Source of the DNA: Rubripirellula sp.
Lineage (GTDB): Bacteria > Planctomycetota > Planctomycetia > Pirellulales > Pirellulaceae
Assembly (NCBI GenBank): GCA_965216875.1
Contig: OZ244207.1
Location: 4,192,001-4,256,000 of the forward strand
DNA: 64,000 nucleotides
Direction: 5' to 3'
The position numbers were made by a program, and so were the translations under genes. The notes under the pieces were generated by a model. That model was given only the letters and a program-made list of their open reading frames with translations, did not search any database and was not told the DNA's origin. Shown here piece by piece: positions 1-8,664 of the stretch (the first letter of the stretch is position 1; every line of letters begins with the position of its first letter).

Positions 1-338
1 CGATTGGGATCGAGACCATCGATGTTGCCCAACCCGACCCGATGACCTTTTGCGAAATCGGCACGATCATCGCCAACCATTTTGATCGACACGGCGTTCG
101 CCCGTTTCACATCCCGAGTTCAGTCTGCTGGTCGATCGCTGGCGTCAACTCGTTGCTTGCCAAACTCTTTCCGTACCGGCCACTGTTGAATGTCGACAAG
201 ATACGCGAAGGTCTCGCCGGCAACTGGATCTGCAACACGCATCTCTTGACCAGCGAACTCGGATTTCTGTTCCCCCACTCGCTGCAACAACGAATCGAAC
301 AAACAGCCGACGGCTACAAACGCAAGGGTTGGCTGTAA
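1..338 (+). CDS. NAD-dependent epimerase/dehydratase family protein, C-terminal part (5'-truncated by window edge)
   Basis: Reading frame is open from base 3. The C-terminus ...LLNVDKIREGLAGNWICNTHLLTSELGF...LQQRIEQTADGYKRKGWL is typical of extended-SDR epimerases. Confidence 0.7.
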   Translation, partial: IGIETIDVAQPDPMTFCEIGTIIANHFDRHGVRPFHIPSSVCWSIAGVNSLLAKLFPYRPLLNVDKIREGLAGNWICNTHLLTSELGFLFPHSLQQRIEQTADGYKRKGWL

Positions 339-343
339 CCGGT

Positions 344-1590
344 GTAGGCCGGATCAAGGAGCGACAGCGACGCGGATCCGGCATGGTCAATAGCCTCATC
401 ATGCCGCACCCCATAATTTGCAAGACAACGTCGTGGTGAATGGCACTGCGAAACCACGGACAAAGCACTTGGGATAACACGAAGGAACACTAATCGACTC
501 TGATCGACACTAATTCAAGAGACGGCTGAGGAAATAATCCCAGACGACAAGGACAGAGCACTACGGAACGACGTTTCATAGCGCAGGAATCGGACGCCTA
601 GAATTCCTGCCAAATGGGACAGAAGAGCGTTCCCGTGGATAGAGAGCCCGAGTACACGTACCGCAGATAAACACGAATGAACGCAGATTCCGTCGGTTGT
701 ATCTGCGTTCATTCGTGTTCATCCGAGGTTCTCATACCAGACGCTCCAATAAAGCTGATCAGGAAGTGCAGACGTAGGCCGGATCAAGGAGCGACAGCGA
801 CGCGGATCCGGCATGGTCAATGACCTCAGCATGCCGCACCCGATAGTTTGCAAGACAACGGCATGGTGAATGGCAATCGACAACCGCAGACAAAGCACTT
901 GGGACAACACGAAGGAACACTAATCGACTCTGATCGACACTAGTTCAAGAGACGGCTGAGGAAATGATCCCAGACGACATGGACAGAGCACTACAGAACG
1001 ACGTTGCAAAGTGCAAGAATCGGACGCCTAGAATTCCGGCCAAATGGGACAGAAGAGCGCTCCCGTGGATGGAGAGTCCGAGTACACGTACCGCAGATAA
1101 ACACGAATGAACGCAGATTCCGTCTGTTGTATCTGCGTTCATTTGCGTTCATCGGCGGTTCTCACACCAGACACTCCAAAGAGCTTGGTCAGGAAGTGCA
1201 GACGTAGGCCGGATCAAGGAGCGACAGCGACGCGGATCCGGCACGATCAATGCCCCTGGCATGCCGCACCCCATAGTTTGCAAGACAACGTGGTGAATGG
1301 CACTGCGACACCGCGGACAAAGAACTGGGGATAGCACAAAGGAACACTAATCGACGCTGATCGACACTAATCAAAGAGACGCTTGAAGAGATAGCAACCC
1401 AGAAGCGGGTCCAGGCAGTCGATTTCCGGTGATCGCAATTCGTGTGGGACGACTCGGGGAAAGCTGCCCCATACGCGAACCGCGGACAGACACAAACAAA
1501 AACAAACACACAGACGGAATCTGCGTTCATTCGTGTTCATCCGCGGTTCTCATTCCGGGCACTCCAATAAGGTTGACGAGGAAGTACAGC
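344..1590. repeat. Tandem array of three ~430 bp composite non-coding units (344-773, 774-1203, 1204-~1590; the third is diverged in its middle)
   Basis: GTAGGCCGGATCAAGGAGCGACAGCGACGCGGATCCGGCA starts at 344, 774 and 1204, a period of exactly 430. Units 1 and 2 align along their whole length. Each unit also has ACACTAATCGAC-type 10-mer repeats and a long hairpin (660-730, 1090-1160, ~1479-1548). Confidence 0.95.
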
Positions 1591-1729
1591 GGCTCCATTC
1601 TTGAGCGAATTGTCTAGAAGCGAGTTTGTTGTTGCCATGACGAGGCTTGTCCCTCGAACCCGCCTCGCTCCGCCGTGCTAAAATTCACACCGTATCGGCA
1701 AACCTCAATACCGTTCCGCAAACAATGAG

Positions 1730-2206
1730 ATGGACATGACGTGGGAAGAGCTCGATATCGCGTGGGAAAACTATCACCCGCGGGCTCGTGAAGTTGTCTC
1801 CGACCCAAAGTTATGGGACACAGCTCACGACTTCTCACCCAACGGAAACGACAGCGGCTTTGATATTCTCGCATTGTTCACAGAGGGCGACGTAAAAAGC
1901 TCAGCGGACGAGGGCAAGTCTTTCTGTAAATCTCTCTTCAAAGGCTGGGGAGTTAAGCGAAGAGCGAAACCAGGTGACGATGACTACAAGTATAAGCGGC
2001 TTATGATCTTTGGAATGGCATTCGCATACATGAAGTGCGCTGCGTACTGCCCAGAATGGCTTGCTGCTGAGGCACTGACACAAGTCGACGAATTCAAGCA
2101 ATACATCGAACAGGTTGATCCGTCGTGGGACCTGAAAAATGAATGTTACACGTACTACGATTCGATGCAGTCCTGCTTGAACGATTGCCCACGGATCTCA
2201 ACATGA
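1730..2206 (+). CDS. Hypothetical protein resembling the YfeS/MolR-associated C-terminal domain
   Basis: 158 aa ORF. The motif HPRAREVVSDPKLWDTAHDFSPNGNDSGFDIL resembles the YfeS-type HP...W D.D..PFGND.G.D. Codons are visibly AT-richer than the flanks. Confidence 0.5.
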   Translation: MDMTWEELDIAWENYHPRAREVVSDPKLWDTAHDFSPNGNDSGFDILALFTEGDVKSSADEGKSFCKSLFKGWGVKRRAKPGDDDYKYKRLMIFGMAFAYMKCAAYCPEWLAAEALTQVDEFKQYIEQVDPSWDLKNECYTYYDSMQSCLNDCPRIST

Positions 2207-2401
2207 TTCGAAAAGCACCACACGCCTCATTGTCTACGCCAGCAGCAAATCAAGTCCCTGACAGTTCCTTCCTGCGATCGTGTTCCGTGCAATGCAATGC
2301 GATCACACACCCGGCAGACCAGGTGTTTCTGCGAAGGGTACTGCACCGGTTGAGGCTGACAGACTGAAGCCTTCCGTTCTGCGAACTGAAATGACCGTAA
2401 C

Positions 2402-3013
2402 GTGAAGTTCTCACTCCGCAACGCTCTATTGGCTGTGACGCTACTTTCACTGCTAATGGCTTGGGTGTCCTACAGGATGCCAACTTGGCGAACGTTGCAG
2501 CGCATTGACGCTGCCTTCTACTCGTTGGACATCAACAACGACGATGTCTTTCGTGCTGGTTCCGAGATCTTGTATGACATTTCGCAAGCAACGCCGGAGT
2601 CGTTAAAACAGACGCGAATCGTCGGCGCATGGCTCAATGAACAGGATCGGACGCTCAATCTGGCCTGCATCGGCGATCAGTTCGCTGCGACCGCGATCGA
2701 GATCGCAACACTCGACGACGAACAACTCGTGCTTCAAATCTCGGAGACGCAGATAGCGGAGAACCGAAAGCGTCAGGAACGAACGATTGATTACCGATTG
2801 TCGTTGGTACTCCCCGAAAACAAGAACCCCAACGACCTGTATGACAACGCGGCTGTTCGATTGCTTGACCGCGAGAAAGTGAATGCGGGATTCTTCCCCG
2901 TGACGGTAATCTTCAAACGGTCAGGCAGAACCGAGCGTGCGACGGGCAATCGCGAGCGGGCATTGCTCAACAAAATCGAATCACTATCGAAGAATCATCG
3001 GAAAACGAAGTGA
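2402..3013 (+). CDS. Hypothetical exported or membrane-anchored protein
   Basis: 203 aa ORF with the planctomycete-type N-terminus [21 protein letters not shown]. Confidence 0.65.
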   Translation: MKFSLRNALLAVTLLSLLMAWVSYRMPTWRTLQRIDAAFYSLDINNDDVFRAGSEILYDISQATPESLKQTRIVGAWLNEQDRTLNLACIGDQFAATAIEIATLDDEQLVLQISETQIAENRKRQERTIDYRLSLVLPENKNPNDLYDNAAVRLLDREKVNAGFFPVTVIFKRSGRTERATGNRERALLNKIESLSKNHRKTK

Positions 3014-3360
3014 CAATCTCTTCAAGGACTCCGGAAGGTAGACCCGTTAGGTGCCCTTTGTGCGCTGCGATTGTTGTCATCGAGCCGTCGGTATTCTTCG
3101 GCGACGCAACGTGCCCGAATTGCGGGCAGTGGCTCTGGTTTCTTCAATCCCCCGCCGAAATTCGAGTGTTCCGCCGGGCCGGAAACGAAGCACTTCGTGA
3201 GCGCATGCTTCACTCGCTTTCGGAACAGCTCAATGTCCCTCGTGATCGCATACCAAACAATCCATCGTTTCTCGATGACATAGGCGCTGATTCATTGGAT
3301 ACCGTCGAACTCATGATGGAACTCGAAGAAGAAGGGCTGCCCACCGAGGGGAATGATTGA
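3010..3360 (+). CDS. Zn-ribbon plus truncated acyl carrier protein-like protein
   Basis: N-terminal CPLC...CPNC. C-terminal [20 protein letters not shown] is the ACP phosphopantetheine attachment motif. Overlaps both neighbours (GTGA, ATGA). Confidence 0.8.
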   Translation: MTISSRTPEGRPVRCPLCAAIVVIEPSVFFGDATCPNCGQWLWFLQSPAEIRVFRRAGNEALRERMLHSLSEQLNVPRDRIPNNPSFLDDIGADSLDTVELMMELEEEGLPTEGND

Positions 3361-3934
3361 GATGCTGCGGCTTGAACATCGTGAACTCGACATTCTCATC
3401 GAAAACGTGCCGACCTTCGGAACGGCCGAAGGAGAGTCCGCACGACAATTCGATCGCGAAATTCAGGTCGACGCATCGACGGGCTGCTACACAACCTCAA
3501 GACACTCGGTGACGACATCGCATATTGGTGAGCGCATCGCATCCGTCATCCTTCTCTGCGGCGGCGGCGCGTCAGGCGTACACCAACATTCTGCAATCGT
3601 GATCGGCGATGACCTAGTGCTTGCCGTCGGCGACCATCTCACTCGGCTTGCGCTCCCCACACTCGAAATCCGGTGGACGGCAAAAGCTGACGAAGCAACC
3701 TGCTTTGGTGTCTACTACTCGCCAGCACATCGCCTGATCCTCTCTCACGGTGAACTTGAGATCGCTGCACTACGGGATGATGGGACGATTGCCTGGTCAA
3801 GCGGCGGCGCCGATATCTTTACAAACGGATTCAGCTTCGACGACAATTCTGTCTACGCCCGCGATTTTTATGAACGCGACTACACATTCGACATCGCTAC
3901 CGGAGCTCCCCGGAGCGGTAATGACAATCAATAG
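3353..3934 (+). CDS. Hypothetical protein, possibly beta-rich
   Basis: 193 aa ORF overlapping the ACP-like gene. Contains motifs SHGELEI and WSSGGADIF. Confidence 0.7.
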   Translation: MIEMLRLEHRELDILIENVPTFGTAEGESARQFDREIQVDASTGCYTTSRHSVTTSHIGERIASVILLCGGGASGVHQHSAIVIGDDLVLAVGDHLTRLALPTLEIRWTAKADEATCFGVYYSPAHRLILSHGELEIAALRDDGTIAWSSGGADIFTNGFSFDDNSVYARDFYERDYTFDIATGAPRSGNDNQ

Positions 3935-4090
3935 ACTGCAAGCTAGTTTCCGTTGCTTCGGCGCAGCCGTATTGGCTTGCCAACGATGATCACACCATCC
4001 CTCCGCTGCGTTGGAATTCCCGAACGTTGACGTCGGGCGTTGCAAAATAGCATCGGAGATCGCATAACAACCCTCTCGTTGAATAACAAC

Positions 4091-4771
4091 ATGTCGAATG
4101 CTGATGAGCTGATTCCGGTCTTCGTCCCTGCTCTGGGAACGATCCTCTTGTCAGCCGAAGACGAAAAGGGGGCGCCGCTAACCAACGAGGAAGTGATCGG
4201 AATTCGCGACAACGCGGCGTGCATGATGATGACCATTGCCGACGCGAACCAGTTGGCTGAGTCCCGAGGTTACCGGGACCTCGACCCCGAAAACTGTTGG
4301 TACGACTGGCAGATGCTGCGACGCGAACTCGGCCGCAAACCTGACCTTGATCCGGGTGCTCGAGTCAACTTGCTGCGTAGTGATGACCCTGCCTACCTTG
4401 CTACGATCGCACGGGCCCAAGAAACACTCGACTCGTTTCGCGAAATGCTCCCCCGCTTTGACGCCAGCGCTGCCCTGGTCAAAACAGAACTTGAGGACGG
4501 AACTGGTCGTGGGTTCGTTTGGCTATTCAACACCCAAATCGACGGCCCCGACTTCACCGCGGAATTGTTCGAAGTGCCACCTTCCGTCGCCGCCTTGCGG
4601 GTCGGCCAATCATTCCGGATCCGCGCCGAGGATGTACTCGACTGGATGGTTAATGATGATGGATCGCTGCATGGCGGATTCTCGCTTCGGTATCATCGCG
4701 AGACGCTCGAACCGCACGAACGGGACGCGTTTGATGCCCACATCGGCGTCACCAATTACGTTGGGCAGTGA
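4091..4771 (+). CDS. DUF2314 (YegJ-like) domain protein with an extra N-terminal domain
   Basis: ATG at 4091 preferred over TTG at 4040. The C-terminal ARAQETLDSF...W...DVLDWMVNDDGSLHGGFSLR is typical of YegJ/DUF2314. Confidence 0.7.
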   Translation: MSNADELIPVFVPALGTILLSAEDEKGAPLTNEEVIGIRDNAACMMMTIADANQLAESRGYRDLDPENCWYDWQMLRRELGRKPDLDPGARVNLLRSDDPAYLATIARAQETLDSFREMLPRFDASAALVKTELEDGTGRGFVWLFNTQIDGPDFTAELFEVPPSVAALRVGQSFRIRAEDVLDWMVNDDGSLHGGFSLRYHRETLEPHERDAFDAHIGVTNYVGQ

Positions 4772-4776
4772 GTTTT

Positions 4777-4957
4777 GTGAGCCGAACGCGCTAGGACTCG
4801 GAGCGGGGTAGCGAGGTGTGGATCGTTCGTAGTACCGGCTTTAGCCGGAATCTGTTGGCTCTTCCGCCTGAAGGCGGTACTACAAACTACGAGGCATGAC
4901 CTACGAAGACGCGGAGCGTCCGAAGAGTGCGTTACCACGCGGAGCGGGGTAACGAGG
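4777..4957. repeat. Mixed REP cluster between convergent genes
   Basis: GTGAGCCGAACGCGCTAG at 4777. Inverted pair GTAGTACCGGCTTTAGCCGGAA (4829-4850) / TTCCGCCTGAAGGCGGTACTAC (4862-4883). GACGCGGAGCGTC...GTTACCACGCGGAGCGGGGTAACGAG. Confidence 0.8.
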
Positions 4958-4970
4958 TTGGAGGCGGGCG

Positions 4971-6608
4971 TTACTCGGACAAACCACGTCGTGATTTGAG
5001 CCGCAGGATCATTGCACAGGCAGAACCGGCCAGCAGCAAAGCACTGAAGGCAAAGTAGCCCGCCACGATCTTGAGGTTCCCTACATTGGCCGGCGTCTCG
5101 TCGTACTCGCGTTTGAGTTGCTCGTCCAACGGGATTGAGAACACTGCCGAAAACGGACTCGTTATCCCCGCGAGCCGACTCATCTCAATCTGCTCTGCCT
5201 GGAACTCGAGAATCGTCAACAGCGACACCAAGGCTGGCGGCGCGACGTAGAGCAATAGCAGAACGACGTAGGTGCTAAGCAGTGCGATCGATGTCTTTCT
5301 TTGGAACAAAGAACAAACAAGCGCGACGACCGCGTTGACCAGACAGACCATCAACACCACGGCAAAAAACAGCAGGACGGCGTCCCAGTTTGTCCAAAAA
5401 CGATTGTTCAGTGCCGTGCCTAACAGGAGCGGCCACAACAAAAACGAGGTCAAGACGGCTGAGATACGAAACCCGACGATGAACTTGCCCCACAAGATCT
5501 GCCATGGCGTCAACGTCGTGGTCAACAACAGATCGAGCGTTTGGCGTTCGCGCTCACTCGTCATACTGCCAGCCAAGAAGACCGGACCGACGAGCATGTT
5601 GAACACAATCACGTAAACGCAGAACCAAGCGGCACGCTCAATCTGCCAAAACAGGAACACTCCCATCAGTGGAATCGCGAGCAGCATGCTGATCTGAATC
5701 ACCAGCCGCAACATCAGCGTTCCCTGACTAAAGATCTCGCTGTGGATTTCTTTGTCATAGACCGGATTGGCTCCGTCCGGCATCAACTCCTGCTTTTTTG
5801 GCGGTGCGAACAAGCGATCGGGGAATTGATCGGGTTGGATCACAAGCCCCACGGCTTCTTCAGCCTCTTTTTCGAGGTCGATCACCTCTTTCCCTTCACT
5901 GCCAACGTCAGGTGGGTACAGCATGCGCCCGGCTGCGGCGGCACACATCAAGATGACGGCTGAAAGGACAAAAGCCGGGATCACCAACAACGCTACTTTC
6001 AATCGCAACTCGCCATCGCCCGACAGCGACTGCCAAAACATGACCGCAAGAATCACGAGCGGAAGAATCACCAAGTAGCTCACCACCAACGAGCTGCTTG
6101 TGCGCGAAAAATAACTGCTGCTAAAGACACCAATCGCGCCGAACAGAATCACCGAGACGATCAGCCCCAAGTAGGCAGCCAGCACTTCGTAAACACTGAT
6201 CCCGCCAAGCGGCAGGCAAAGCACGATGATCGGCAGTGATGCCAAGATCAACATTCCGAGGTGCGTCAGCGAGGCAACCATCTTGCCAAGCACAATCGCG
6301 CCTGGACGCAACGGACTGGCAAGCAGCATCTCGTAGGTCTTGCGTTCTTTTTCGCCCGTGATCGCGCCCGCAGCAAAGCTGGGCGCCATCAAGGATGCGA
6401 TCACGTATTGCCCGAGGAAAAACAAGTTGACCAGCTTCTGTGCTGATTGCGGGTTGGTCGATAGGTCGAGACGCTCGTCACCGGGCCACGCCATCAACAC
6501 CACTGCGGCCAACAGCAGCTGATAAACCGCCAACAACAAGAACGCGCGATTGGTTCTGAGGTTGACGACAAGTTCGCGTTGGAGAACGGGATTCTCAAGG
6601 ACGTACAT
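4971..6608 (-). CDS. ABC-2 type transporter permease (duplicated permease domains)
   Basis: ENPVLQREL, plus two copies of the I/M-T-x-E-K/R-E-R-x-T-x-x-x-LL-x-x-x-L-x-P motif (ITGEKERKTYEMLLASPLRP; MTSERERQTLDLLLTTTLTP). Many TM helices. Confidence 0.85.
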   Translation of the reverse strand: MYVLENPVLQRELVVNLRTNRAFLLLAVYQLLLAAVVLMAWPGDERLDLSTNPQSAQKLVNLFFLGQYVIASLMAPSFAAGAITGEKERKTYEMLLASPLRPGAIVLGKMVASLTHLGMLILASLPIIVLCLPLGGISVYEVLAAYLGLIVSVILFGAIGVFSSSYFSRTSSSLVVSYLVILPLVILAVMFWQSLSGDGELRLKVALLVIPAFVLSAVILMCAAAAGRMLYPPDVGSEGKEVIDLEKEAEEAVGLVIQPDQFPDRLFAPPKKQELMPDGANPVYDKEIHSEIFSQGTLMLRLVIQISMLLAIPLMGVFLFWQIERAAWFCVYVIVFNMLVGPVFLAGSMTSERERQTLDLLLTTTLTPWQILWGKFIVGFRISAVLTSFLLWPLLLGTALNNRFWTNWDAVLLFFAVVLMVCLVNAVVALVCSLFQRKTSIALLSTYVVLLLLYVAPPALVSLLTILEFQAEQIEMSRLAGITSPFSAVFSIPLDEQLKREYDETPANVGNLKIVAGYFAFSALLLAGSACAMILRLKSRRGLSE

Positions 6609-6653
6609 AGCTGCCTTGTCGTGTGCGTCAAATCAAAAGTCGGGCCGAGAAAC

Positions 6654-7802
6654 TTAAACGAGAGGAGTCTTGGACGGCTCGCCCGCCTGCTCGACGACAT
6701 ACTTGGGTACGGCGTAACCAGGCAAAGAAGTTCGTAGAGTTTCCATGAGTTGGCGTCCCTGCTGGACAGGCACTTCGAAGTGAGCAGCTCCACGAACACG
6801 ATCGAGTTGATGCAAGTAGTAGGGCATCAATTGATGATTCACCAACGTCTCGCACAATTCGATCAAAGTCTCGGCATCATCGTTGACGCCGCGCAACAGC
6901 ACGGCCTGATTGAGCACGGGAATGCCACTTCGCACTAACAAACTTAACCGGTCAAGGACGGCGTCGTCCAATTCTCGCGGGTGATTCGCATGAATCACCA
7001 TCCAAACCGCCAACCGGCTCCCGCGGAGTCGGCTGACCAAGGCCTCGGTGATTCGTTGCGGGATCACGACGGGCATTCGCGAATGAAACCGCAGCCTTTG
7101 CAGGTGTGGGATCGATTCCAGACGATCGAGCATGGGAAAGAGCTTCTCGTCGGTCAGGGTCAGCGGATCGCCGCCACTCAGCAACACTTCACTGATATCG
7201 GTTTGGTTGGCCAAATAATCGACAGCCGGTTGCCACTGGTCTCGCTGGCCCCCTGAACCCTGATAGGGGAACTCGCGTCGAAAGCAGTAGCGGCAGTGGA
7301 TCCCGCAGGCTCCGGTCGTGATGACGAGCGCTCGCCCGTCGTACTTGTGCAGCAGGCCGCCAGCGGCCAACGATTGATTGTCGCCAACGGGATCTGCGAC
7401 AAATCCGTGTTTCTCGACATTTTCTTGCGGCGATTCGATGACCTGCCGAAGCAACGGGTCGGACGGGTCCCCCTGGCGGATTCGGCGCAGGTACTCCAGT
7501 GGCACGAATGTGGGAAACGCCCCCGCTGGCATGCCGTTGGGTTCCTCAGCCAAACCTAACATGGCTCGCAATTGCTGCGAGCAGCGAATGGCTCGCTTCA
7601 TCGCGGCCTGCCAATCAACCTGATCAACAGATCGCCAATGGTCGCCACCTGAGTTGGGTCCCGGTGGGGCCGATGACTCCGGCGGCAACCCGCACGAACT
7701 GGCCTGACCAAAACCGGATGGGGGCGTTAGAATCTGCACCGGTTCCTGAGCAGCAGTCTCGACCGACTCCTTCACCGAACCGTCCTCAAACGTCTGTATC
7801 AA
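6654..7802 (-). CDS. epmB: EF-P beta-lysylation protein EpmB (KamA-family radical SAM lysine 2,3-aminomutase)
   Basis: GLLHKYDGRAL, CGIHCRYCFRR, LSGGDPL, NQAVLLRGVND, PYYLHQLDRVRGAAHF. Divergent from efp. Confidence 0.93.
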   Translation of the reverse strand: MIQTFEDGSVKESVETAAQEPVQILTPPSGFGQASSCGLPPESSAPPGPNSGGDHWRSVDQVDWQAAMKRAIRCSQQLRAMLGLAEEPNGMPAGAFPTFVPLEYLRRIRQGDPSDPLLRQVIESPQENVEKHGFVADPVGDNQSLAAGGLLHKYDGRALVITTGACGIHCRYCFRREFPYQGSGGQRDQWQPAVDYLANQTDISEVLLSGGDPLTLTDEKLFPMLDRLESIPHLQRLRFHSRMPVVIPQRITEALVSRLRGSRLAVWMVIHANHPRELDDAVLDRLSLLVRSGIPVLNQAVLLRGVNDDAETLIELCETLVNHQLMPYYLHQLDRVRGAAHFEVPVQQGRQLMETLRTSLPGYAVPKYVVEQAGEPSKTPLV

Positions 7803-7883
7803 CGATCACCCCCTGGTCCAACTACAGACATGTGTTTTCTAATCTCCCGCGACAATTGACTCGAATTACGGAGCCATTCCCAC

Positions 7884-8453
7884 ATGGCTACTTATAACAC
7901 AAGCGACTTCCGAAAAGGCCTGAAGGTCGAAATTGACGGCGATCCTTACTTGATGGTTGACATGCAATTCGTCAAACCAGGCAAGGGAAACGCTCTCTAT
8001 AAGTGTAAGTTGAAGAACCTGGTTCGTGGCACCACACTGGACCGAACCTACAAGGGTGGTGATTCGCTGCAATCGGCCGACGTTGAAACAACCGACGTGT
8101 CATTCCTTTACCGCAGCGGTGTCGATTACGTCTTCATGCACCAAACTTCGTTCGAACAATACGAAGTCGCGGAAGCGGTTGGCGGCGACGTCTGGAAATA
8201 CCTCAAAGATGGCATGGTCTGCACCATGACGCTGTACAACGGCAACGCCATCATCGTCGAAGCTCCCAATCAAGTTGAATTGGAAGTCATCGAATGTGCT
8301 CCCGGCGCCAAAGGCGATACCGCGACCAACGTCACCAAACCCGCCAAAGTGGAAACGGGCGCCGAATTCATCGTGCCTGGATTCATCAAAGAAGGCAACG
8401 TGATTAAAGTAGACACGCGAACCGGCGAATACGTCGAGCGTGTCAGCAACTAG
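7884..8453 (+). CDS. efp: Translation elongation factor P
   Basis: FVKPGKG loop carrying the modifiable Lys, PGAKGDTAT, VPGFIKEG, KVDTRTGEYVERV. Confidence 0.98.
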   Translation: MATYNTSDFRKGLKVEIDGDPYLMVDMQFVKPGKGNALYKCKLKNLVRGTTLDRTYKGGDSLQSADVETTDVSFLYRSGVDYVFMHQTSFEQYEVAEAVGGDVWKYLKDGMVCTMTLYNGNAIIVEAPNQVELEVIECAPGAKGDTATNVTKPAKVETGAEFIVPGFIKEGNVIKVDTRTGEYVERVSN

Positions 8454-8554
8454 GACGGAGCGTCTGCTCGCTACGTCGAACCAAGATTGCTACTGCAACA
8501 AAGAACTGATTGCTACCGCGACCCACCAATCATCCGGTAGCGTTGGTACCCAAT

Positions 8555-8581
8555 GAGCCCGAAGGGTCGGGCTCTCTTTTT
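8555..8581 (+). terminator. Rho-independent terminator-like hairpin between efp and mgtE
   Basis: GAGCCCGA-AGGG-TCGGGCTC followed by TCTTTTT. Confidence 0.7.
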
Positions 8582-8664
8582 CCACCCCACGGTGGTCTCT
8601 CTAACAGGACAGCATTGCGCCGAGCCTATGAATTGATTTTCAGCTTCGCATCGAGGTAAGCATC

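Noticed and set aside
344..1590. CRISPR array interpretation of the identical 40 nt repeats
   Set aside because: The intervening sequences are ~390 bp and homologous to each other, the repeat is a GTAG REP, and there are no cas genes.
145..1617. Repeated short ORFs (MNADTTDGICVHSC..., MLSQVLC...) as a peptide or toxin array
   Set aside because: They are translations of the palindromic repeats, occur on both strands, and do not keep frame or length across all three units.
6654..8453. Divergent epmB-efp without epmA, and trpE (17047-18570) without trpG, as novelties
   Set aside because: These are ordinary arrangements; the partner genes are commonly elsewhere on the chromosome.
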